From a virus: a stretch of DNA of 64,000 bases. The stretch lies in the IMG/VR virus record IMGVR_UViG_3300031920_000309. One strand, 5' to 3'. The notes below the pieces were generated by a model, which saw only the letters and a program-made list of their open reading frames with translations, ran no database searches and was not told the origin of the DNA. This document shows, piece after piece, positions 44,807 through 53,424 of this stretch. The translations under genes were made by a program, and so were the position numbers. Every line of letters starts with the position of its first letter. Position 1 is the first letter of the stretch.

Positions 44807-45133
44807 ATGAACATCAGGCGCACCCCGTTCATCGTGGACAGTTACGTGTTCGCGACCGGCGGAGTTGATGATATATTACAACTGGATTTCGTCGAGGACC
44901 GAGCACAAGGACTCGGTGTGCCCGCCAAATCAATGGTAATACGAAACGCAGGCGCCGGTACTATTTATTTCATATTCTCCGAAGATGGAGAACACTGGTC
45001 TGGGATCGGATCACTGGCAGCCGGTGCGCTCGAGGGGTACAACTACGAGGATGGGATTGAAATCACGCTGATGCACGTATGGGCATCTGCTGCAGGAACT
45101 ACCGTCACGATAAGGGCAACACCAGGGATGTGA
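44807..45133 (+). CDS. Small beta-sandwich structural protein
   Basis: KSMVIRNAGAGTIYFIFSEDG...LAAG pattern. Confidence 0.55.
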   Translation: MNIRRTPFIVDSYVFATGGVDDILQLDFVEDRAQGLGVPAKSMVIRNAGAGTIYFIFSEDGEHWSGIGSLAAGALEGYNYEDGIEITLMHVWASAAGTTVTIRATPGM

Positions 45134-45139
45134 TTTTAG

Positions 45140-45475
45140 ATGCCTATATTAGGACGAGACGAGCCAGCAACAACAATAACACAACTAAAAATAAGTATTG
45201 CAGCGGCAGGACCGAACGAAATAATCGCAACACCTGGGGCGGGCAAACAGTTATGGATACACAAATTAATGTTATCGGTTGCAAGAGGAAGTCAGACTGC
45301 TATCACATACCAGTCGGGTGCAAACGAATTGTCTGGTGCGATGCAAGCAGATGTTATTGCAGACGACCTGGGATCATCCCCCATGAAATGTAATACAAAC
45401 GAAGCGTTCAATGTGACGTTATCTGACGCAGTTGCTGTGACAGGGTACGTGATGTACCAGGTGGTCAACGCATGA
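45140..45475 (+). CDS. Small single-jelly-roll-like protein, copy 1
   Basis: IAAAGPNEIIATPGAGKQLWIHKL...CNTNEAFNVTLS; paralog of 46625-46972. Confidence 0.65.
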   Translation: MPILGRDEPATTITQLKISIAAAGPNEIIATPGAGKQLWIHKLMLSVARGSQTAITYQSGANELSGAMQADVIADDLGSSPMKCNTNEAFNVTLSDAVAVTGYVMYQVVNA

Positions 45476-46614
45476 GTGTATCAAGAGATATCGTGGATTT
45501 TTATTTCAACATGGACCCAGCAAGCAACAAATCTGGAGTAGGGGTCGCTACCGGGGTGGAAATCTGGACCGGTGACAACGAAGACTATTTCGCAGTATTG
45601 AATGGCGTAATGACAAACACCAAATGGGAACTGCCAAACAATACCGTGGGCGAGATAGAAGGGGTTGAAATATATCTATACCCAGACTCACTTACGGGCA
45701 CGTATAACCAACTGAACTTTGTGCGGATCGATGTGAATGGTATAGATATACCAAACATCAATTTATGCGAACTAATGGCCCCTATGAACAGTCTGGGAAG
45801 GCAACCAGACTTAGGGCCATGGAGAGATGGGTCAGTATATCAGAACATTGGATTGCCGATATTGTTAGGCCATGATGGAACACGACCGACGATCAAACTT
45901 GGGCCAGGTGATATTGTTAGATGCCATGTGCAAAATTGTACTGCAGCACAAGGAGGAGTAACAATAAATGAAGCACTGGTTGTAAGATTGCACGTCGTAA
46001 CTGCGAAACAACCAGACATAGACGAAATGTTCGGGGGAACCATAGACCAGTCATTCGGTATACCGGGCGAACCGATGATATCAAAAACCGTGGATGCGTC
46101 GATACACGAGTGGCCAAAATTGCATGGAGGACAAAAGGCAGAACGGCCTAATGTAGAACGGTATATCACGTACGCTCGCAACATGACAGCAACAAGTCCA
46201 CACAAACGATACCGGTTTGATACGTCAGACGGTTCGGTGTTGGGAGATTGGTCAGAACTCGTCTGGGCGACCGACGATATTAACGCAGTCGAACTAACCC
46301 ACATCGGTGTCGCGGAAGACGAAACGAACCAGATAGGAAACCCACCGAACCTAGCATGGTTACACTTGCCAGAAAACAGAACACTTGCTTATTGTTATCC
46401 AATCGTACCATATATTGGGGTAGGACAGTTCCAGATGCCACTGCATAGAAGACTGTTACAAATGTTCGACGGTCCTGGAAAATTACCAGCACCGATAATA
46501 TTACAGAACGCCACAGAGTCGATTGAGATCCAAGACAACGGGAATGCCATACAAGCATGGGCAACAGGACCAGGTGTAAAAGTAGCAGTGTGGGGACGGA
46601 AATTTTACGTGTAG
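45472..46614 (+). CDS. Putative capsid protein family A, copy 2
   Basis: GEIEGVEI, RDGSV..NIG, TIKLGPGD, RYITYARN, LTHIGV, VAVWG. Confidence 0.6.
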   Translation: MSVSRDIVDFYFNMDPASNKSGVGVATGVEIWTGDNEDYFAVLNGVMTNTKWELPNNTVGEIEGVEIYLYPDSLTGTYNQLNFVRIDVNGIDIPNINLCELMAPMNSLGRQPDLGPWRDGSVYQNIGLPILLGHDGTRPTIKLGPGDIVRCHVQNCTAAQGGVTINEALVVRLHVVTAKQPDIDEMFGGTIDQSFGIPGEPMISKTVDASIHEWPKLHGGQKAERPNVERYITYARNMTATSPHKRYRFDTSDGSVLGDWSELVWATDDINAVELTHIGVAEDETNQIGNPPNLAWLHLPENRTLAYCYPIVPYIGVGQFQMPLHRRLLQMFDGPGKLPAPIILQNATESIEIQDNGNAIQAWATGPGVKVAVWGRKFYV

Positions 46615-46624
46615 GTGATTAAGA

Positions 46625-46972
46625 ATGGTAGATTATGATCCAAGAACAATTGGTTGGCTTGATCCAGCCGGACTGGACACAGATCCAGTGAGTATCGCTG
46701 CGGCAGGTGCAAACGAAGTAATAGCAGCACCAGGAGCAGGACGACAGTTGTGGATATACAAATTGGTGTTGGTGGTAGCAAGGAACCAAGCGGTAGATAC
46801 AACGTTACAAACAGGAACAACAGATTTCTCTGGTGCATTGCCATTCGACGGCATGTCAGAAGATCTGGACTGGAAGCCATTACGATGTGGGACAAACGAA
46901 GCGTTCAACATCACATTGTCTGCGGCAGTCGCGGTCACTGGGTTTGTGACGTATAGAACAGTGGTGGTCTGA
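46625..46972 (+). CDS. Small single-jelly-roll-like protein, copy 2
   Basis: IAAAGANEVIAAPGAGRQLWIYKL...CGTNEAFNITLS. Confidence 0.65.
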   Translation: MVDYDPRTIGWLDPAGLDTDPVSIAAAGANEVIAAPGAGRQLWIYKLVLVVARNQAVDTTLQTGTTDFSGALPFDGMSEDLDWKPLRCGTNEAFNITLSAAVAVTGFVTYRTVVV

Positions 46973-46974
46973 AA

Positions 46975-48663
46975 ATGAGTTATATATATAGAAGACCTGG
47001 ATTGGAACTGTTGGCAACGTTGCCTGCACATTACGAACGTGATCAGAACTGGCAACAGAAAGGATTTGCAACAGCAGACGAACGTTACACGTTGCAAAGT
47101 CCGAACTTGATGACGGTGAACATAGATGGTGACGGATACGTATTAGACGGACAACAGGATTACGAGCTGACCACGTTAACAAACTGGGACAATTACACCA
47201 TAACCGATTGGGCCGCACTGACTGCTTACGAAGTCGGCGATCTGGTTTTGCCCGTTGTTGGTGGTGCAAACTGTATTTATGTTTGTGCTGTAGCGGGTAC
47301 GAGCGGGGCGGCTGAACCTGCCTGGTCAGTAGTTAAAAACGCAAACAACGTAGACGCAACAGCCCAGTGGACTACAACATTTGATAACACGATAGCTGCG
47401 CAACGCGCGGGATACGATCATTACGTGTATGCGTGTGTACCGGCAGGAGGAACTACACCAGACATCATACTGAGTGACAACGTGACAATTCCGATTGGAT
47501 ACACAACTGACAATTCTCGTAAAATAAGCGGGTTCCATTGCGAGTGTGTGGCAATTGGTGTGATAGGTGGGCATGTTCTAACCGGTTACGTGGCTGGAGA
47601 CATTCTGCCATTGTCTGTTTGGGACCTAAACTTCAGATCGGCTGGGTTACAAGAAGGCATGATCCACGACGAATTAGCCCATCAATGGGCCGGAATCTAT
47701 ATGAACTCAGGAACTGGCGCGAACACCGTTTCTGTTTACGGGGCTACAGCAACAGATTCTCGTGATTGGATGGATTCCGTTGATGATTGTGGTGCAGTTG
47801 GATGCAAGTTGCCAACCGACGATGAGTTCCAGATCATAGCTCGTGGTAGCAACGAAGAAACCAACGCAGCAGGAGGGGCAGATCCTGTGACCACAGGAGG
47901 ACACCTGGACACTGCCGGACGAAGGATGACTTCGGACGATGGTTGTGAAGATTGTTGTGGTGCATGGAACCAATGGACCAGGACGTATGGATATCGTGCA
48001 GACGGTCTGACAATGGAAATTGTTGCCGGAGAGAAAACCGTCACGGTATATCATGATGTAGTGCCAGACGGGAACCAGATTTATCTGAAATTTGACAACG
48101 GTCAGCCATATCTATGCTGTAACATGGCAAACGACACGGTTGACAAGATAATTACGCTTGGCACTGATTACAAAATAACAATCGTACATGATGTTGGTGC
48201 AGCAGGCGGGTTGCCAATTTATTTCGATGACGACGCAACACAACCATCGAGACTGTTGGTAAACAACACGATACTAACGAAAGATTGTTACATACTGAGT
48301 AACAGCCCATCGTACATGTTAAAACTGAAACACGACGCGGGAGCGGCAGGAAACGGATCTGCCCTCCACTTCGATGACGGGGGGGACGAACGGTTGGAAT
48401 CCAATTGCGCAGGAACAGCGAACGCTGCAATCGACCTGGCATACTTTGATTCAGCTGAACTAGCGTTCTTGTACGAGGACTTACCCGGCGCGAAAGGATC
48501 GTTGTACAGACAAGGAACATACGGAGATGCGTTCTTGCTTGCCGGTGGAAATTGGGCGAATGCGGCGGACGCCGGTTCGCGGTATCGGAGTGCGCTTTAC
48601 TCTCGCTGGTATGCGGCTGCGAGTCTCGGTTGCCGGGTGGTCGCGGAGTCGAAGACGTCGTGA
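46975..48663 (+). CDS. Mtd-like receptor-binding protein (CBM-like module, Mtd N-terminal domain, C-type-lectin/FGE domain)
   Basis: WAALTAYEVGD..YVCAVAGTSGAAEP; YVYAC..PIGYTTDNSRKISGFH; LPTDDEF; CEDCCGAWNQW; AGGNW..GSR..RW..GCRVVAE. Confidence 0.88.
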   Translation: MSYIYRRPGLELLATLPAHYERDQNWQQKGFATADERYTLQSPNLMTVNIDGDGYVLDGQQDYELTTLTNWDNYTITDWAALTAYEVGDLVLPVVGGANCIYVCAVAGTSGAAEPAWSVVKNANNVDATAQWTTTFDNTIAAQRAGYDHYVYACVPAGGTTPDIILSDNVTIPIGYTTDNSRKISGFHCECVAIGVIGGHVLTGYVAGDILPLSVWDLNFRSAGLQEGMIHDELAHQWAGIYMNSGTGANTVSVYGATATDSRDWMDSVDDCGAVGCKLPTDDEFQIIARGSNEETNAAGGADPVTTGGHLDTAGRRMTSDDGCEDCCGAWNQWTRTYGYRADGLTMEIVAGEKTVTVYHDVVPDGNQIYLKFDNGQPYLCCNMANDTVDKIITLGTDYKITIVHDVGAAGGLPIYFDDDATQPSRLLVNNTILTKDCYILSNSPSYMLKLKHDAGAAGNGSALHFDDGGDERLESNCAGTANAAIDLAYFDSAELAFLYEDLPGAKGSLYRQGTYGDAFLLAGGNWANAADAGSRYRSALYSRWYAAASLGCRVVAESKTS

Positions 48664-48677
48664 GGTACGATCCTTCG
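48540..48677 (+). other. DGR variable-region-like segment with downstream hairpin
   Basis: A-poor 3' end with NNY/GCG codons at typical variable sites; imperfect hairpin 48650-48677. Confidence 0.65.
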
Positions 48678-48707
48678 CCCCAATATACAACAAAGGTGAT
48701 ATGAACA

Positions 48708-49025
48708 ATGAAGAACTATCCAAGAACGCCACCGGTCTTGTTCACAGCACAGGATTGGAGCAATCTGTTGGCAGACGACAGGTTCGCAGAACGAGCAGAG
48801 AGAGATCTCGAAACTATAAGAGATCTGGACGATGACAAGGTAACGAGGTGTATCCAAGTAGCAGATCCAAACGATCCGAAAAGCAAAGACATCATAGAGT
48901 TGATCGACAATCCGGCACCAGCGTACAGAAGAGGAACCGGGTGCAAGACAAGAGCAGAGATGACCACCAGATTCAAACTGAAACCAACCGGAAGGGTAAT
49001 TGAACATGGGGTAATAAAAAGATGA
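48708..49025 (+). CDS. Hypothetical protein following the Mtd-like gene
   Basis: GGTGA RBS. Confidence 0.7.
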   Translation: MKNYPRTPPVLFTAQDWSNLLADDRFAERAERDLETIRDLDDDKVTRCIQVADPNDPKSKDIIELIDNPAPAYRRGTGCKTRAEMTTRFKLKPTGRVIEHGVIKR

Positions 49026-49558
49026 AGTCTTGGTATGGATTGCAGAACGTGTTTAGGGACATGCTGGTTGCGGACACAAACAACATCGTTGCAGCCGAAG
49101 CTCTTAACGCAGGAACTCCGATCACATGTGGTATAGCTGCTCAGACAGATGTACCGAGAAACATCATCATAACAGTGACAGACGGTGACGTAGGTATTTC
49201 TGCGTTCCAGATTGACATTGTAGGAACAAACGCGAAAGGTGATGCAGCTACAGAACAGTTCGTATTTGGTGATGGACTGGTTCAAACGGGTAACGTTATC
49301 TGGGCATTCATTACTTCGATAACGGTAACTTCAATCACGGGCGCAGGAGCAGGAGACGTGCTGGACGTGGGGTCTGGATCAAGGGTTGGAGTATCGAACG
49401 GTATCCACTCTACTGGATCAGTGTACAAGGTCCAGAAAAATAATGCACATATGGCTGTTGCGGATTATACGGTCAATACGACGTATGATTCGGTAGACTT
49501 GTCGACAGGAGGAGCAATCGGAGCAGGTGACGACTTCACGATATGGTATTATACATGA
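49022..49558 (+). CDS. Structural beta protein
   Basis: QTDVPRNIIITVTD motif; Gly/Thr-rich. Confidence 0.65.
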   Translation: MKSWYGLQNVFRDMLVADTNNIVAAEALNAGTPITCGIAAQTDVPRNIIITVTDGDVGISAFQIDIVGTNAKGDAATEQFVFGDGLVQTGNVIWAFITSITVTSITGAGAGDVLDVGSGSRVGVSNGIHSTGSVYKVQKNNAHMAVADYTVNTTYDSVDLSTGGAIGAGDDFTIWYYT

Positions 49559-50175
49559 ATAAACTACTACTGAATACACTGCTGAACACCACGAACCCAG
49601 TACACACTGGTGCATGCGAAGCATCGGGCCAGATAACAATGGTCAGTGATGGTGTATCACAAATTGAAATTAGGCCAGAACTAGATCAAGCAAGAACGAT
49701 TGCACCAGGAACACCAACCAGAGTATCACGAGGAATCTACCGTGGATACAGCTTGCCAACATTCGCAGCAGGCGAAGACCTATTTTTTGACATCTGTGTG
49801 CCACAACGATGGAACGGGACAAGCAACATAATAGTTCATGTGCACGGTTGGTTAGATACCGCAAACACGGACAAGAAATTCAAGTTATGCATCGACTGGG
49901 AACATATAACAGCGGGAACTGATGTGGTACCAAACACATCGAATACAGTGCCAGTAGAAACAAGCACGGGGACAGCGGCACAATACAAAACGTTCGAAGT
50001 CAGTTTTGTTATCGATTATAACATAGACGGCGGAGATGACATAGCGTACGACGATGATTTAGCATTCCGATTGTACCGAATAGCAGCAACAGGGGACGAA
50101 ATAGCAGGAGAATTCGTCGTAAAACATGCCGGAGTGATATTTCAAAGGGACAAGATAGGAGCAGCCGTACCATGA
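49543..50175 (+). CDS. Structural beta-sandwich protein
   Basis: Beta-rich ORF in the structural operon. Confidence 0.6.
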   Translation: MVLYMNKLLLNTLLNTTNPVHTGACEASGQITMVSDGVSQIEIRPELDQARTIAPGTPTRVSRGIYRGYSLPTFAAGEDLFFDICVPQRWNGTSNIIVHVHGWLDTANTDKKFKLCIDWEHITAGTDVVPNTSNTVPVETSTGTAAQYKTFEVSFVIDYNIDGGDDIAYDDDLAFRLYRIAATGDEIAGEFVVKHAGVIFQRDKIGAAVP

Positions 50176-50187
50176 GGTGGCATTGAT

Positions 50188-51198
50188 ATGGTTTTCATGG
50201 GAATTTCCAGTATCCGGGTCGAGATATCAGAGCTGAGTGTATCGAAATCGGGGTGGACAACGTTGTTCGTCGATAAAAATTTCGCTGCTGCATCAGACGA
50301 CAACGATGGGTACTCTTGGTCAAGGCCAAAGAAAACGATTGGTGGTGCTCTTGCGGACGCAAAATCATGGTGTAAAATTTATGTAAATAGTGGACAATAT
50401 GAAGAAAACATCACAATTTCATACGAACATGTACAAATAATCGGTGTCGCAAAAGACGGTCCGGACATTGTCAACCTAAAATCAAGCATAGGAACACCAT
50501 TAACAATAACGGCTGGCTTCTGTGAGCTACAGACCTTAGCTGTAGAAGCTATAGATCAGCACGGAATCCAGGTTACTGCGCCAGGACACATATTAAATGA
50601 CGTAGTGGTAGCTATCACAAACACAACCGGTGTCGCCAGGATAGGGATATGGCTTAACGATTCGGACAGCACTGAAATTAAGAACTGCCATATAGACGGA
50701 AACGGCGACGACGAGGTGATCGGTATACTTGTTGGCGATGATACAGTTGGTGCGGAAGTCACGGAAAACTATATCACAGGATGTGGAGATGGGATTGGTG
50801 TGGGATGTGGAGCGGGAGGAGCTTGTACAGCAAACGGATATGCGATCGGAATTGCGGAATCAGCACAACGATGTATAATCAGCGACAACGAAATAATAAC
50901 TAATTGTGTGGGAGTTTACTTTTACAAGGTCGGAGCTGATGCGTTCAAGGGACATGCTGTCTTGCACAACGCATTCTGGGAAAATTGCTCATACGACGTG
51001 TTTGATTTATATGCTCCAGAAATAAGCGCAATTGCAATAAGAGAAAATTATTATGGTTACAGCGGCTGGTTCGTGGATTCCAACAACGACGGGCGGGCCG
51101 ACATCATCGTAGACTGTAACACAAACAAAGACCACGCACCCCTATTCAATCCCCAGACCTGGCGGACGGAAGCTATTTCTAGAGCGGGGTACATATGA
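50188..51198 (+). CDS. Right-handed beta-helix (pectin-lyase/NosD-like) protein
   Basis: PKKTIGGAL, G.Y.ENI start; periodic IKNCHI, VTENYI, ISDNEI, VLHNAF repeats. Confidence 0.85.
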   Translation: MVFMGISSIRVEISELSVSKSGWTTLFVDKNFAAASDDNDGYSWSRPKKTIGGALADAKSWCKIYVNSGQYEENITISYEHVQIIGVAKDGPDIVNLKSSIGTPLTITAGFCELQTLAVEAIDQHGIQVTAPGHILNDVVVAITNTTGVARIGIWLNDSDSTEIKNCHIDGNGDDEVIGILVGDDTVGAEVTENYITGCGDGIGVGCGAGGACTANGYAIGIAESAQRCIISDNEIITNCVGVYFYKVGADAFKGHAVLHNAFWENCSYDVFDLYAPEISAIAIRENYYGYSGWFVDSNNDGRADIIVDCNTNKDHAPLFNPQTWRTEAISRAGYI

Positions 51199-52076
51199 AG
51201 GGCATGGACCCGAGTGTGACATACAAAAACTACGATTGGATGTACCAAAAATACATTGTCGAAGAACTGTCCACACCAAAAATAGCAGACGTTGTGGGGT
51301 GTGGGAGCACAACTGTTTTTAGGTGGCTAAGAAAACTGGGAATCCGCCCCCGCTCTCGCAGCGAAGCTTGTCGTGGGAATAAAAACCACAACCACGGCAC
51401 AACGTTGTCAGAAAACACGCGGAAGAAAATTGGTGACGCACAACGTGGTAAACTTGTTTCAAATAAAACCCGGATGAAGATGAGCAAGGCACAAACGGGC
51501 AGGATACAATCGGAAAAGACTCGCAATAAAATCAGCGATGCTAAACGTGGTAAACCGTTGCCAGAAAAAACCCGACAAAAAATGAGCAAGGCACGCCAGG
51601 GACCAAAAAACCCAAATTATGGTAAACATCATTCGCCAGAAGCACGTCAGAAAATGGGTGATGCTGAGCGAGGCGAGAAACACCACTATTACGGCAAGAC
51701 GTTCACAGCCGAACACCGGAAGAAAATTGGTGACGCACAACGTGGTAAGAAAGGATCTAATTGGCACGGAGGCATTTCGTTCGAACCATACTGCCCAGCA
51801 TTCAACAAATCCAAGAAAGAAGAAATAAGAGAATCACACGGCAGGAAATGTTTCTTGTGTGGTGCTGGTGAGAACGGTAGAAAACATGCAGTCCATCATA
51901 CGGATTACAACAAGATGCAAGGATGTGACACAGAAGATTGGAATCTAATACCATTATGCAATCAATGCCACTCGAAGACAAACTTCAATCGATGGTACTG
52001 GTTCAGTCTTCTGTATAGTAACTGGGTTATGAACCCAGACATAAATTTCAACACGGCGGTGATAACACAATGGTGA
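51195..52076 (+). CDS. Free-standing HNH homing endonuclease with HTH and NUMOD3 repeats; paralog of 30400-31185
   Basis: LSENTRKKIGDAQRG repeats; CFLCG...HAVHHTDYNK...LCNQCHSKTN. Confidence 0.92.
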   Translation: MKGMDPSVTYKNYDWMYQKYIVEELSTPKIADVVGCGSTTVFRWLRKLGIRPRSRSEACRGNKNHNHGTTLSENTRKKIGDAQRGKLVSNKTRMKMSKAQTGRIQSEKTRNKISDAKRGKPLPEKTRQKMSKARQGPKNPNYGKHHSPEARQKMGDAERGEKHHYYGKTFTAEHRKKIGDAQRGKKGSNWHGGISFEPYCPAFNKSKKEEIRESHGRKCFLCGAGENGRKHAVHHTDYNKMQGCDTEDWNLIPLCNQCHSKTNFNRWYWFSLLYSNWVMNPDINFNTAVITQW

Positions 52077-52234
52077 AAAAGATGCCAAGGATTGTTAAAA
52101 AAGGAGAAATCCCGGGACAACTTGCAAAGATCAAGCTGAAAGGAAAAGGAAAGATATTATCAGAGGTAAACGGTCTGAAAATGAAACGACGAGTCAAAGA
52201 AATAAAAATACCAGAATGGAAGGTTGGGAAATGA
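52070..52234 (+). CDS. Lys-rich 54-aa basic protein (not in ORF track)
   Basis: MVKKMPRIVKKGEIPGQLAKIKLKGKGKILSEVNGLKMKRRVKEIKIPEWKVGK; coupled on both sides. Confidence 0.6.
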   Translation: MVKKMPRIVKKGEIPGQLAKIKLKGKGKILSEVNGLKMKRRVKEIKIPEWKVGK

Positions 52235-53418
52235 GATTACCACCATACGCAGGGACACCAAGCCATGTTTCCGTTGCCGACAGATTTGATGATACTGATA
52301 TAGATACTGCGGTGTGGGGGACAAAAGTAGAAGTGGGTGGTACGGGAATATCCGAAGTAGCGGGAGAGTTGAAGATAACAAATCCAGCAGGAGCACTCGG
52401 GTTATCCTATTTACCTTCAGCGTTCAAGTGGGGAAACTACGCGATCGTTGAGGTTCAACTAAAAGTCGTAGATGGCGAGGCAGGTGGAGACGGGGAACGC
52501 TGTGAAGCATCATTGCACTTATTCAAGGATACAGACAATTATATCAAATGGGGTGTATACAGAGATACTTCGGAGGCTGTCAATTCGTCCGGGTACTTAA
52601 GATACAACATGGCAGGAGCAGGAGAAGTCGCTGTCGATGTGACAGTCGCGGTTGTAGATAACATTTATCATACATTCAAACTTATACTATACGAATCAGC
52701 AGTAGAACTTTGGTATGACAACACGTACCAAACAGCATTCGCTTTTCCAGGTCTAATAAACTACGAGATACGGTTAGAAGCAGGGACACAGGACGCGGGA
52801 GATGTAATCGACATCAGGTTCGACACGTTCAAAGCTCTGAACATGGCAGATCCGTTCGGTACTGATTTGACAGGAGTAACCACAGACTTAACAACGTTAC
52901 TAACACGGCTGTCTGCAGTAAGAGCCGGGTATCTTGATTATTTGGCAGACGGTACTTATGGGTTGGCTGCAATAGAAACGTTGGTAGACGACCTAGAAAC
53001 AAGATTGTCTGCAGCAAGAGCAGGATATCTGGACAACCTAGCAGGATACCAAGTATCAGCACCAGGGTCAGGAACGGTGACGTTAACAAACGCCACCGCA
53101 GTAGCAGTTGAGTTCGCGACAGGAACATTCGGATCGGTGTTCGAATTGACGTTTATTGCGGATTTGAACGAAGTAGACACCAATGGGGCCGCAGATACCA
53201 TTTTAACAGTAACAATATGGAGAAAGATCGGAGGGGTGTACACAACACTGCCAAACGACATATACGCATGGCAAAAATCTGCAACCCTTGACAGAAACAT
53301 GGACTTGGACCACATCCGATGCGGAGAAGATACAAAAATCCAGTTCAAACTTGATTTGGTACCGGGAGCAAACGTTAACATTCCATATAGGTACATAATC
53401 AGAAGATTACGGGCGTGA
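52231..53418 (+). CDS. Structural protein: lectin-like beta domain, coiled coil, C-terminal beta-sandwich
   Basis: DRFDDTDIDTAVW start; repeated RLSA.RAGYLD.LA coil. Confidence 0.7.
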   Translation: MRLPPYAGTPSHVSVADRFDDTDIDTAVWGTKVEVGGTGISEVAGELKITNPAGALGLSYLPSAFKWGNYAIVEVQLKVVDGEAGGDGERCEASLHLFKDTDNYIKWGVYRDTSEAVNSSGYLRYNMAGAGEVAVDVTVAVVDNIYHTFKLILYESAVELWYDNTYQTAFAFPGLINYEIRLEAGTQDAGDVIDIRFDTFKALNMADPFGTDLTGVTTDLTTLLTRLSAVRAGYLDYLADGTYGLAAIETLVDDLETRLSAARAGYLDNLAGYQVSAPGSGTVTLTNATAVAVEFATGTFGSVFELTFIADLNEVDTNGAADTILTVTIWRKIGGVYTTLPNDIYAWQKSATLDRNMDLDHIRCGEDTKIQFKLDLVPGANVNIPYRYIIRRLRA

Positions 53419-53424
53419 TGACAA

